Source of the DNA: Escherichia coli
GTDB lineage: Bacteria > Pseudomonadota > Gammaproteobacteria > Enterobacterales > Enterobacteriaceae
DNA: 64,000 bases
Assembly (NCBI RefSeq): GCF_041248615.1
Contig: NZ_CP158426.1
Direction: 5' to 3' (one strand)
This document shows positions 52,109 through 63,100 of this stretch, piece after piece. The first letter of the stretch is position 1; every line of letters starts with the position of its first letter. The notes below the pieces were generated by a model. It saw only the letters and a list, made by a program, of their open reading frames with translations, had not been told where the DNA came from and searched no databases. Position numbers and translations under genes: made by a program.

Positions 52109-52624
52109 ATGGATTACTTCACCCTCTTTGGCTTGCCTGCCCGTTATCAACTCGATACCCAGGCGCTGAGCCTGCGTTTTCAGGATCTACAACGTCAGTA
52201 TCATCCTGATAAATTCGCCAGCGGAAGCCAGGCGGAACAACTCGCCGCCGTACAGCAATCTGCAACCATTAACCAGGCCTGGCAAACGCTGCGTCATCCG
52301 TTAATGCGCGCGGAATATTTGCTTTCTTTGCACGGTTTTGATCTCGCCAGCGAGCAGCATACTGTGCGCGATACCGCGTTCCTGATGGAACAGCTGGAGC
52401 TGCGCGAAGAACTGGACGAGATCGAACAGGCGAAAGATGAAGCGCGGCTGGAAAGCTTTATCAAACGTGTGAAAAAGATGTTTGATACCCGCCATCAGTT
52501 GATGGTTGAACAGTTAGACAACGAGACGTGGGACGCGGCGGCGGATACCGTGCGTAAGCTGCGTTTTCTCGATAAACTGCGAAGCAGTGCCGAACAACTC
52601 GAAGAAAAACTGCTCGATTTTTAA
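52109..52624 (+). CDS. hscB: co-chaperone HscB (J-domain)
   Basis: 171 aa; J-domain with HPD (QRQYHPDKF). Confidence 0.95.
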   Translation: MDYFTLFGLPARYQLDTQALSLRFQDLQRQYHPDKFASGSQAEQLAAVQQSATINQAWQTLRHPLMRAEYLLSLHGFDLASEQHTVRDTAFLMEQLELREELDEIEQAKDEARLESFIKRVKKMFDTRHQLMVEQLDNETWDAAADTVRKLRFLDKLRSSAEQLEEKLLDF

Positions 52625-52640
52625 TTTCTGGAAGCTAAAC

Positions 52641-54491
52641 ATGGCCTTATTACAAATTAGTGAACCTGGTTTGAGTGCTGCGCCGCATCAGCGTCGTCTG
52701 GCGGCCGGTATTGACCTAGGCACAACCAACTCGCTGGTGGCGACAGTGCGCAGCGGTCAGGCCGAAACGTTAGCCGACCATGAAGGCCGTCACCTGCTGC
52801 CGTCTGTTGTTCACTATCAACAGCAAGGGCATTCGGTGGGTTATGACGCACGTACTAACGCAGCGCTTGACACCGCCAACACCATTAGTTCTGTTAAACG
52901 CCTGATGGGGCGCTCGCTGGCTGATATCCAGCAACGCTATCCGCATCTGCCTTATCAATTCCAGGCCAGCGAAAACGGCCTGCCGATGATTGAAACGGCG
53001 GCGGGGCTGCTGAACCCGGTGCGCGTTTCTGCGGACATCCTCAAAGCACTGGCGGCGCGGGCAACTGAAGCCCTGGCAGGCGAGCTGGATGGTGTCGTTA
53101 TCACCGTTCCGGCGTACTTTGACGATGCCCAGCGTCAGGGCACCAAAGACGCGGCGCGTCTGGCGGGGTTGCATGTTCTGCGCTTACTTAACGAACCGAC
53201 CGCTGCGGCTATCGCCTACGGGCTGGATTCCGGTCAGGAAGGCGTGATCGCTGTTTATGACCTCGGCGGCGGGACGTTTGATATTTCCATTCTGCGCTTA
53301 AGTCGCGGCGTGTTTGAAGTGCTGGCGACCGGCGGTGATTCCGCGCTCGGCGGCGATGATTTCGACCATCTGCTGGCGGATTATATTCGCGAGCAGGCGG
53401 GCATTCCTGATCGTAGCGATAACCGCGTTCAGCGTGAACTGCTGGATGCCGCCATTGCAGCCAAAATCGCGCTGAGCGATGCGGACTCCGTGACCGTTAA
53501 CGTTGCGGGCTGGCAGGGCGAAATCAGCCGTGAACAATTCAATGAACTGATCGCGCCACTGGTAAAACGAACCTTACTGGCTTGTCGTCGCGCGCTGAAA
53601 GACGCGGGTGTAGAAGCTGATGAAGTGCTGGAAGTGGTGATGGTTGGCGGTTCTACCCGCGTGCCGCTGGTGCGTGAACGGGTGGGCGAATTTTTCGGTC
53701 GTCCACCGCTGACTTCTATCGACCCGGATAAAGTCGTCGCTATTGGCGCGGCGATTCAGGCGGATATTCTGGTGGGTAACAAGCCGGACAGCGAAATGCT
53801 GTTGCTGGATGTGATCCCGCTGTCGCTGGGCCTCGAGACCATGGGCGGCCTGGTGGAGAAAGTGATCCCGCGTAATACCACGATTCCGGTGGCCCGCGCC
53901 CAGGATTTCACCACCTTTAAAGATGGTCAGACGGCAATGTCTATCCATGTGATGCAGGGTGAACGTGAACTGGTGCAGGACTGCCGCTCGCTGGCGCGTT
54001 TTGCACTGCGTGGTATCCCGGCGCTACCGGCTGGCGGCGCGCATATTCGCGTAACGTTCCAGGTCGATGCCGACGGTCTTTTGAGCGTGACGGCGATGGA
54101 GAAATCCACCGGCGTTGAGGCGTCTATTCAGGTCAAACCGTCTTATGGTCTGACCGATAGCGAAATCGCTTCGATGATCAAAGACTCAATGAGCTATGCC
54201 GAGCAGGACGTAAAAGCCCGTATGCTGGCAGAACAAAAAGTAGAAGCGGCGCGTGTGCTGGAAAGTCTGCACGGCGCGCTGGCTGCTGATGCCGCGCTGT
54301 TAAGCACCGCAGAGCGTCAGGTCATTGACGATGCTGCCGCTCACCTGAGTGAAGTGGCGCAGGGCGATGATGTTGACGCTATCGAACAAGCGATTAAAAA
54401 CGTAGACAAACAAACCCAGGATTTCGCCGCTCGCCGCATGGACCAGTCGGTTCGTCGTGCGCTGAAAGGCCATTCCGTGGACGAGGTTTAA
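52641..54491 (+). CDS. hscA: Hsp70-type chaperone HscA
   Basis: [10 protein letters not shown]..., 616 aa; Hsp70 signatures GIDLGTTNS and DLGGGTFD. Confidence 0.96.
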   Translation: MALLQISEPGLSAAPHQRRLAAGIDLGTTNSLVATVRSGQAETLADHEGRHLLPSVVHYQQQGHSVGYDARTNAALDTANTISSVKRLMGRSLADIQQRYPHLPYQFQASENGLPMIETAAGLLNPVRVSADILKALAARATEALAGELDGVVITVPAYFDDAQRQGTKDAARLAGLHVLRLLNEPTAAAIAYGLDSGQEGVIAVYDLGGGTFDISILRLSRGVFEVLATGGDSALGGDDFDHLLADYIREQAGIPDRSDNRVQRELLDAAIAAKIALSDADSVTVNVAGWQGEISREQFNELIAPLVKRTLLACRRALKDAGVEADEVLEVVMVGGSTRVPLVRERVGEFFGRPPLTSIDPDKVVAIGAAIQADILVGNKPDSEMLLLDVIPLSLGLETMGGLVEKVIPRNTTIPVARAQDFTTFKDGQTAMSIHVMQGERELVQDCRSLARFALRGIPALPAGGAHIRVTFQVDADGLLSVTAMEKSTGVEASIQVKPSYGLTDSEIASMIKDSMSYAEQDVKARMLAEQKVEAARVLESLHGALAADAALLSTAERQVIDDAAAHLSEVAQGDDVDAIEQAIKNVDKQTQDFAARRMDQSVRRALKGHSVDEV

Positions 54492-54492
54492 T

Positions 54493-54828
54493 ATGCCAAA
54501 GATTGTTATTTTGCCTCATCAGGATCTCTGCCCTGATGGCGCTGTTCTGGAAGCGAATAGTGGTGAAACCATTCTCGACGTTGCGCTGCGTAACGGTATC
54601 GAGATTGAACACGCCTGTGAAAAATCCTGTGCTTGCACCACCTGCCACTGCATCGTTCGCGAAGGTTTTGACTCGCTGCCGGAAAGCTCAGAGCAGGAAG
54701 ACGACATGCTGGACAAAGCCTGGGGACTGGAGCCGGAAAGCCGTTTAAGCTGCCAGGCGCGCGTTACCGACGAAGATTTAGTGGTCGAAATCCCGCGTTA
54801 CACTATCAACCATGCGCGTGAGCATTAA
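54493..54828 (+). CDS. fdx: [2Fe-2S] ferredoxin
   Basis: 111 aa; adrenodoxin-type Cys ligands ([12 protein letters not shown] ... C). Confidence 0.95.
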
Positions 54829-54839
54829 CAGAGGTTAGT

Positions 54840-55040
54840 ATGGGACTTAAGTGGACCGATAGCCGCGAAATTGGCGAAGCACTGTACGATGCGTATCCCG
54901 ATCTTGATCCGAAAACGGTTCGATTCACCGATATGCATCAGTGGATTTGCGATCTGGAAGATTTCGACGACGACCCGCAGGCATCCAACGAGAAAATCCT
55001 CGAAGCGATTTTGTTAGTCTGGCTGGACGAAGCCGAATAA
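54840..55040 (+). CDS. iscX: IscX (YfhJ), Fe-S assembly accessory protein
   Basis: 66-aa acidic protein [24 protein letters not shown]... Confidence 0.93.
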
Positions 55041-55284
55041 TTTCCGCGTCATGCTTCACGCCGCAGATGCGTTGGCTGCGCTCGTTCACCCCAGTCACAT
55101 AGTTATCTATGCTCCTGGGGCTTCACTCACTTGCCGCGTGATTCGGCCTTTTGGCCTCACCCCTTTGGGGCCAGCGCAAGCGCTGTTCAAAACGCAATGC
55201 GTTTTGTCCTGCAACGCGAATCATTTAGCGGAAAAATCCTGGGGCTGCCAACTGGCGGCCCTTTTACAAAGAAGGATAACTAAA

Positions 55285-56568
55285 ATGACAGAAGCGATGA
55301 AGATTACCCTCTCTACCCAACCTGCCGACGCGCGCTGGGGAGAAAAAGCGACTTACAGCATTAATAATGATGGCATTACCCTGCATTTGAACGGGGCAGA
55401 CGATCTGGGGCTGATCCAGCGTGCGGCGCGCAAGATTGACGGTCTGGGCATCAAGCATGTTCAGTTAAGCGGTGAAGACTGGGATGCGGATCGCTGCTGG
55501 GCATTCTGGCAAGGTTACAAAGCCCCGAAAGGCACACGTAAAGTGGAGTGGCCGGATCTGGACGATGCCCAACGGCAGGAACTGGATAACCGCCTGATGA
55601 TCATCGACTGGGTGCGTGACACCATCAACGCACCGGCGGAAGAACTGGGGCCATCGCAACTGGCACAGCGTGCTGTTGATCTGATCAGCAATGTCGCGGG
55701 CGATCGTGTGACTTACCGGATCACCAAAGGCGAAGATCTGCGTGATCAAGGTTATATGGGGCTGCACACGGTCGGACGCGGTTCAGAACGTTCTCCGGTA
55801 TTGCTGGCGCTGGATTACAACCCGACTGGCGATAAAGAAGCGCCAGTGTACGCGTGCCTGGTTGGTAAAGGCATCACCTTTGATTCCGGCGGCTACAGTA
55901 TCAAACAGACCGCATTTATGGACTCGATGAAGTCGGACATGGGCGGCGCGGCAACGGTTACCGGGGCGCTGGCGTTTGCCATTACGCGCGGACTGAACAA
56001 GCGCGTGAAGCTGTTCCTCTGCTGTGCGGATAACCTGATCAGCGGCAACGCGTTCAAACTGGGCGATATTATTACCTATCGCAACGGTAAAAAAGTTGAA
56101 GTGATGAACACTGATGCGGAAGGGCGTCTGGTGCTGGCCGATGGCCTGATTGATGCCAGTGCGCAGAAACCGGAACTGATCATTGATGCGGCGACCCTCA
56201 CCGGGGCGGCGAAAACTGCGCTGGGTAATGATTATCACGCGCTGTTCAGTTTTGACGATGCGCTTGCCGGTCGCTTGCTGGCGAGTGCCGCGCAGGAGAA
56301 TGAACCGTTCTGGCGTCTGCCGCTGGCGGAGTTCCACCGCAGCCAGCTGCCGTCTAACTTTGCCGAACTGAACAATACCGGAAGCGCGGCGTACCCGGCA
56401 GGCGCGAGCACGGCGGCGGGCTTCCTGTCGCACTTTGTTGAGAACTATCAGCAAGGCTGGCTGCATATCGACTGCTCGGCGACTTACCGTAAAGCGCCGG
56501 TTGAACAGTGGTCTGCGGGTGCTACGGGACTTGGTGTGCGCACGATTGCTAATCTGTTAACGGCGTAA
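55285..56568 (+). CDS. pepB: peptidase B (M17 leucyl aminopeptidase family)
   Basis: [21 protein letters not shown]..., 427 aa; M17 motif NTDAEGRL; track ORF is extended by 78 codons. Confidence 0.93.
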
Positions 56569-56577
56569 ACGTCTTAT

Positions 56578-56652
56578 TTGGCCTACAAAATTGCGAAAAT
56601 CCAATAGATTGAGATTCCCTTGTAGGCCTGATAAGCGTAGCGCATCAGGCAC
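56578..56652. repeat. REP/BIME-like palindromic element
   Basis: gtaggcctgataagcgtagcgcatcaggcac REP plus flanking inverted ggcctacaa / ttgtaggcc arms. Confidence 0.5.
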
Positions 56653-56686
56653 TTGTGCCCCGAACGTTGAATGAATTGTGGTTCTT

Positions 56687-57463
56687 ATGTCCGAAACAAA
56701 AAACGAACTTGAAGATCTGCTGGAAAAAGCAGCAACCGAACCGGCGCACCGCCCGGCCTTTTTCCGTACTCTACTGGAATCCACCGTCTGGGTGCCGGGT
56801 ACGGCGGCGCAGGGCGAGGCTGTGGTTGAAGATAGCGCGCTTGATTTACAGCACTGGGAAAAAGAAGACGGCACCAGCGTCATTCCTTTTTTTACCTCGT
56901 TAGAAGCACTTCAACAGGCGGTTGAAGACGAACAGGCATTTGTCGTAATGCCCGTTCGCACATTGTTTGAGATGACCCTTGGCGAAACGCTCTTCCTTAA
57001 TGCCAAACTGCCAACCGGTAAAGAATTTATGCCGCGTGAAATCAGTTTGTTGATTGGTGAAGAAGGAAATCCGCTGAGCAGCCAGGAAGTACTGGAGGGC
57101 GGTGAATCGCTGATATTATCGGAAGTCGCAGAGCCGCCAGCACAAATGATTGATTCACTCACCACCTTATTTAAAACTATTAAGCCGGTGAAGCGTGCTT
57201 TTATTTGTTCAATTAAAGAGAACGAAGAGGCACAGCCTAATTTACTTATTGGCATTGAAGCCGATGGTGATATCGAAGAAATTATTCAGGCGGCGGGAAG
57301 TGTAGCGACCGATACATTACCTGGCGATGAACCCATCGATATTTGTCAGGTGAAAAAAGGGGAAAAAGGAATTAGCCACTTTATTACCGAACATATTGTG
57401 CCATTCTATGAACGTCGCTGGGGTGGTTTTTTGCGTGACTTTAAACAGAACCGGATAATCTAA
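56687..57463 (+). CDS. sseB: SseB-family protein (enhanced serine sensitivity protein)
   Basis: MSETKNELEDLLEKAATEPAHRPAFFRTLL..., 258 aa; position between pepB and sseA. Confidence 0.88.
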   Translation: MSETKNELEDLLEKAATEPAHRPAFFRTLLESTVWVPGTAAQGEAVVEDSALDLQHWEKEDGTSVIPFFTSLEALQQAVEDEQAFVVMPVRTLFEMTLGETLFLNAKLPTGKEFMPREISLLIGEEGNPLSSQEVLEGGESLILSEVAEPPAQMIDSLTTLFKTIKPVKRAFICSIKENEEAQPNLLIGIEADGDIEEIIQAAGSVATDTLPGDEPIDICQVKKGEKGISHFITEHIVPFYERRWGGFLRDFKQNRII

Positions 57464-57808
57464 AATATGCCGCCCCAAAGGGCGGCATTCGGGCTTACCT
57501 GCTGTTCTGAAGGTTGTTAACCACCAGTAAATTGTTGCCGGAGAGACTCCGGTTATTATTTACCTCGGTTAACAGCGCACCAGAAACAATAAGTACGATA
57601 CAAAAGCACCGTATCTTCATTGTGCGGTCCATGCGAAGACCGCATCACGACAGCACCACTGGCGATATTGCCGCGATAGCAAGCGCTGTGAAACACCTGC
57701 ATTTACGGCCATGGAACATCCTTTCCTTAAGCCAGCGCCCGTTTGCGAGACGGCGGAAAGGGCCGGTGTCGATAATACGCTAAATAAACAATGATTACTC
57801 TCTTTCGC

Positions 57809-58957
57809 TGTGTAAGTTCACAGAGATATTGCAATTACCTCCGGATAAGTAAGGGGAGATTGCACTATGCAAATGCAGCATCTGATGGTTGGCTATCCTA
57901 AGTACTACCAAACGGCCGATTATGCGTTGAGGCTTTCAGTGATGGCTGATACAGCAACAATGAGAATGAAGGCTCTGCACTTCTGGGATAAACACGGTAT
58001 TTCTGCAGCTTCTGAAGCCTTTGGCGTGTCCTGCCGCACGCTTTACTGGTGGCGTCAGTTACTGAACAAGGGAGGACCTGAGGGGCTAATCCCGCACAGT
58101 AAGGCACCTCTGGTGCGACGAAAAAAGCACTGGCATCCCGATGTGCTGAAAGAGATTCGACGGCTGCGGACAGAGCTGCCGAACCTCGGTAAAGAGCAGA
58201 TTTTTGTTCGCCTGAAGCCCTGGTGCGAACAGCGCTATCTGGCCTGTCCAAGTGTTTCCACCATCGGCAGAATGATCGCTGCCGCACACGATAAAATGCG
58301 AATGATACCTGTGCGTCTGGGCTCGCGGGGGAAGGCACTGCTTGTCAAAAAGCGGTCTGCCAAACCCCGCAGACCAAAGCACTACCGCCCGGTAAAGACA
58401 GGTGAGCTCATTGGGATGGACGCCATTGAGCTCAGAATGGGCGAACTGCGTCGCTATGTCATCACCATGATCGACGAATGCAGCAATTACGCGCTGGCGC
58501 TGGCTGTACCGTCGCTCAACAGTGATATCGTCAATCACTTCTTCAGCCGTGCAGCCCGGCTGTTCCCGGTCGGTATCAGTCAGATAATCACAGATAACGG
58601 AAAAGAGTTCCTGGGAAACTTCAACAAAACGCTGCAGGAAGCCGCTATCAAACACCTCTGGACCTATCCCTACACGCCAAAAATGAACGCTATCTGTGAA
58701 CGTTTTAACCGGACGTTAAGAGAGCAGTTTATTGAATTTAATGAGATTTTACTCTTTGAAGATCTGGCGCTATTTAATCAGAAGCTGGGGGAATATCTGG
58801 TACTGTATAACAGCAAAAGGCCCCATAAGGCGCTCGCACTAATGACGCCCGTGGAATATATTTTAAGAGAGAACAAAAATTGCAATATGTGGTGGACCCA
58901 TACATTCGCTTGACAAAAAGAGAGTTACTGGCGAGTATTGCTTTGCTGTGAAGCACC
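57809..58957 (+). mobile_element. IS481-family insertion sequence (boundaries approximate)
   Basis: Single DDE-transposase ORF flanked by gapped imperfect inverted repeats sharing TTCACAG and GCAAT blocks (left about 57811-57842, right about 58929-58955); outer ends and target duplication are not resolved. Confidence 0.45.
57867..58913 (+). CDS. IS481-family DDE transposase (HTH plus integrase-core/rve domain)
   Basis: 348-aa ORF; N-terminal HTH (FGVSCRTLYWWRQ); catalytic residues in GMDAIEL, ITDNGKEF and ICERFNRTL; C-terminal YNSKRPHKAL motif typical of IS481/IS3 rve domains. True start may be an internal Met. Confidence 0.8.
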   Translation: MQMQHLMVGYPKYYQTADYALRLSVMADTATMRMKALHFWDKHGISAASEAFGVSCRTLYWWRQLLNKGGPEGLIPHSKAPLVRRKKHWHPDVLKEIRRLRTELPNLGKEQIFVRLKPWCEQRYLACPSVSTIGRMIAAAHDKMRMIPVRLGSRGKALLVKKRSAKPRRPKHYRPVKTGELIGMDAIELRMGELRRYVITMIDECSNYALALAVPSLNSDIVNHFFSRAARLFPVGISQIITDNGKEFLGNFNKTLQEAAIKHLWTYPYTPKMNAICERFNRTLREQFIEFNEILLFEDLALFNQKLGEYLVLYNSKRPHKALALMTPVEYILRENKNCNMWWTHTFA

Positions 58958-59016
58958 TGCGTTGCTCCGACAACACAAGTCAACCTGCTGGAAAGGCCGC
59001 GAACCAGACCAGCAAT

Positions 59017-59047
59017 AAAAAACCGCCAAATTCGGCGGTTTTTTATT
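59017..59047. terminator. bidirectional rho-independent terminator at the 3' end of sseA
   Basis: aaaaaaccgccaaattcggcggttttttatt: perfect stem with U-runs on both strands. Confidence 0.7.
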
Positions 59048-59060
59048 GCCTGTAAAAAGC

Positions 59061-59906
59061 TTATTTCAATGGCTCAACCGGTAAATCTGCCCGTGCGCCC
59101 CATTCACTCCATGCGCCGTCGTACAGTTTCACGTTTGGCACATCCAGCGTCGCGAGTGCCAACAAAACCACGGCTGCCGTTACACCAGAACCGCAACTGA
59201 CGATAATAGGTTTGTCATAACTTACGCCGCGACCAAAAAATATCGCATCCAGTTCATCGGTCGTTTTTAGTTCGCCTTCACGTACCAGTTCTGTCCACGG
59301 AACGTTAAACGCGCCGGGAATATGTCCGCGACGTAAACCTGGGCGAGGTTCATCAACTTCTGCGTTAAAACGTGCAGCCGGGCGGGCATCAATAATTTGC
59401 GCCGTATTTTCATGGCTTGCCAATAACACATCGGTGACTTTCACCACGGCTTCAGGATTAAACGTGGCGTTAAACTCTCCTTCCGGCAGCTCTACTGCAC
59501 CTTCTTCTAACAGCAGATCATCGCGCTGCCAGCCTGCAAGTCCACCCCCCAGAATCGACACTTTCTCTACACCAAAGGTGCGCAGCATCCACCATGCTCG
59601 TGGGGCTGAGAAAAGATTACCTTCGTCATAGACAATCAGGTGCTTATCCTGGTTAACGCCTAATTCACGCATCGCCACGGCGAACGTTTCCGGGCGCGGC
59701 AGCATGTGCGGAAGCGGGGAAGTGTGATCAGAAAGCGCTTCGATATCAAAAAACACTGCGCCGGGAATATGTCCATTCAGATACTCCTGAGCAACGTTAC
59801 GATCTTCCTGTCCAGGCGACGCCATGCGGGCATCAATAATCTGAATTTCCGGGTCATCAATATGTTCGGCGAGCCAGTCGGCTCCTACAAACCATGTCGT
59901 GGACAT
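59061..59906 (-). CDS. sseA: 3-mercaptopyruvate sulfurtransferase (tandem rhodanese domains)
   Basis: MSTTWFVGADWLAEHIDDPEIQIIDARMASP..., 281 aa; active-site Cys in SCGSGVTA; track ORF is extended by 53 codons. Confidence 0.93.
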   Translation of the reverse strand: MSTTWFVGADWLAEHIDDPEIQIIDARMASPGQEDRNVAQEYLNGHIPGAVFFDIEALSDHTSPLPHMLPRPETFAVAMRELGVNQDKHLIVYDEGNLFSAPRAWWMLRTFGVEKVSILGGGLAGWQRDDLLLEEGAVELPEGEFNATFNPEAVVKVTDVLLASHENTAQIIDARPAARFNAEVDEPRPGLRRGHIPGAFNVPWTELVREGELKTTDELDAIFFGRGVSYDKPIIVSCGSGVTAAVVLLALATLDVPNVKLYDGAWSEWGARADLPVEPLK

Positions 59907-60112
59907 AGGCATCTCCATTTTTGCCGGGGTTAGGCTAAATTGTCGGATGTTTAGTGAAAGGCGACAAGCAAAAGAGGCTGATTTGGCTGTCTGAGCCACA
60001 ATTCTCACTAAAATTCGGATTGTATGGGCGTGATACTGAATTACATAACGTAAATTCTCACGCATAATAATTATTCGACGTTGCTAACGGGCCATTGTGG
60101 CAGGGATGAAAA

Positions 60113-63100
60113 ATGAAAAAGTTACGCGTAGCCGCCTGCATGCTAATGCTGGCGCTGGCAGGGTGCGACAACAACGATAACGCGCCAACAGCGGTGAAAA
60201 AAGATGCGCCTTCTGAAGTTACTAAAGCGGCTTCTTCAGAAAACGTGAGTTCAGCAAAACTTTCCGCGCCGGAGCGACAAAAACTGGCCCAACAGAGTGC
60301 CGGTAAGGCGCTGACATTGCTGGATCTCTCTGAAGTTCAACTTGATGGCGCAGCCACGCTGGTGCTGACGTTCTCCATTCCTCTCGACCCGGATCAGGAT
60401 TTCTCACGCGTTATCCATGTCGTCGATAAGAAAAGCGGCAAAGTGGATGGTGCCTGGGAGCTGTCAGATAATCTTAAAGAGTTGCGTTTACGCCACCTCG
60501 AACCGAAACGTGATTTGATCGTCACTATTGGCAAGGAGGTCAAAGCACTCAACAACGCAACCTTCAGTAAAGATTACGAAAAAACTATAACTACCCGCGA
60601 TATCCAACCCAGCGTCGGTTTTGCCAGCCGTGGCTCGTTGTTACCCGGTAAAGTTATTGAAGGGCTGCCGGTAATGGCGCTCAACGTTAACAATGTCGAT
60701 GTTAACTTCTTCCGTGTTAAGCCAGAATCTCTGCCTGCATTCATTAGCCAATGGGAATACCGCAATTCGCTGGCGAACTGGCAGTCTGAAAAACTGCTGC
60801 AGATGGCGGATCTGGTTTATACCGGACGGTTTGATCTCATTCCTGCGCGTAACACCCGTGAAAAATTATTGCTGCCGCTGGGCGATATCAAACCGCTTCA
60901 GCAGGCAGGCGTGTATCTGGCTGTGATGAATCAGGCTGGACGTTACGATTACAGTAATCCAGCGACGCTGTTTACGTTAAGTGATATCGGCGTTTCAGCT
61001 CACCGTTATCACAATCGTCTGGATATCTTTATCCAAAGTCTGGAAAACGGCGCGGCCCAGCAAGGAATAGAAGTCTCTTTATTAAATGAGAAAGGGCAGA
61101 CTCTGACTCAGGCAACCAGTGATGCTCAGGGGCATGTGCAGCTGGAAAATGATAAAAACGCGGCATTACTGCTGGCGCGTAAAGACGGTCAGACAACGCT
61201 ACTCGATTTAAAACTTCCGGCGCTGGACTTAGCAGAATTTAACATTGCTGGCGCGCCAGGCTATAGCAAACAGTTTTTCATGTTTGGCCCGCGCGATCTT
61301 TATCGCCCTGGTGAAACAGTCATCCTCAATGGTTTACTGCGTGATGCAGATGGTAAAGCATTGCCCGATCAACCCATCAAGTTAGACGTGATTAAACCCG
61401 ACGGGCAGGTACTCAGGAGCGTCGTTAGTCAGCCGGAGAATGGCCTCTACCACTTTACCTGGCCACTCGATAGCAATGCGGCAACCGGTATGTGGCATAT
61501 TCGCGCTAACACGGGCGATAACCAGTACCGGATGTGGGATTTCCACGTCGAAGATTTTATGCCAGAGCGCATGGCGCTGAATCTGACCGGTGAGAAAACC
61601 CCGCTAACGCCGAAAAATGAAGTGAAATTCTCCGTGGTGGGGTACTACCTGTATGGTGCGCCTGCTAATGGTAATACTTTGCAAGGGCAACTTTTCCTGC
61701 GCCCACTGCGTGAAGCTGTGTCAGCCTTACCTGGTTTCGAATTCGGCGATATAGCTGCCGAAAATCTTTCCCGCACGCTGGATGAAGTTCAGTTGACGCT
61801 GGATGATAAAGGGCGTGGCGAAGTTTCTACAGAAAGCCAGTGGAAGGAAACGCATTCCCCATTGCAGGTTATTTTCCAGGGTAGTTTGCTGGAATCGGGC
61901 GGTCGCCCGGTGACGCGCCGCGCTGAGCAGGCTATCTGGCCTGCCGATGCATTGCCGGGGATCCGTCCGCAGTTCGCCTCGAAATCGGTTTACGATTATC
62001 GCACTGACAGCACGGTGAAACAGCCCATTGTTGATGAAGGCAGTAACGCCGCTTTTGACATCGTTTATAGCGATGCGCAAGGCGTGAAAAAAGCCGTGTC
62101 GGGCTTGCAGGTGCGCCTGATTCGCGAACGCCGCGATTACTACTGGAACTGGTCAGAAGATGAAGGCTGGCAATCACAGTTTGATCAAAAAGATCTGATT
62201 GAAAATGAACAAACTCTGGATCTGAAAGCGGACGAAACCGGCAAGGTCAGTTTCCCGGTAGAGTGGGGCGCTTATCGTCTGGAAGTCAAAGCGCCGAATG
62301 AAGCGGTCAGTAGTGTGCGTTTCTGGGCTGGCTATAGCTGGCAGGACAACAGCGACGGGAGCGGTGCCGTGCGACCCGACCGTGTCACGCTGAAACTGGA
62401 TAAAGCCAGTTATCGCCCTGGCGATACCATTAAGTTGCATATTGCCGCGCCAACGGCGGGTAAAGGTTATGCGATGGTCGAGTCCAGTGAAGGGCCGCTG
62501 TGGTGGCAAGAGATTGATGTTCCGGCTCAAGGGCTGGATCTGACGATTCCGGTCGATAAAACCTGGAATCGTCATGATCTGTATTTAAGTACGCTGGTGG
62601 TACGTCCTGGCGATAAATCTCGCTCCGCGACGCCAAAACGCGCGGTTGGGGTGTTGCATCTGCCGCTTGGTGATGAAAACCGTCGCCTCGATCTGGCGCT
62701 GGAAACCCCCACCCAAATGCGCCCCAATCAGCCATTAACCGTGAAAATTAAAGCCAGCAATAAAAACGGTGAGATGCCAAAACAGGTGAATGTGCTGGTG
62801 TCTGCCGTTGATAGCGGTGTGCTAAATATTACTGATTACGTTACCCCCGATCCGTGGCAGGCGTTCTTTGGTCAGAAACGCTATGGTGCAGACATTTACG
62901 ATATTTACGGTCAGGTCATTGAAGGTCAGGGGCGTCTGGCAGCTCTGCGTTTTGGTGGCGATGGTGATGAGCTGAAACGTGGTGGTAAACCGCCGGTCAA
63001 TCACGTCAAAATTGTCGCGCAGCAGGCGCTGCCGGTAACGCTCAACGAACAGGGTGAAGGCTCGGTTACACTGCCGATTGGTGATTTTAACGGTGAATTG

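Noticed and set aside
55783-56466. 227-aa minus-strand ORF antisense to pepB
   Set aside because: Nested antisense shadow ORF with Arg-rich composition.
57514-57783. 89-aa plus-strand ORF in the sseB-sseA intergenic region
   Set aside because: No convincing Shine-Dalgarno, Arg/His-rich low-complexity composition, and it overlaps strongly structured sequence; more likely non-coding than a protein gene.
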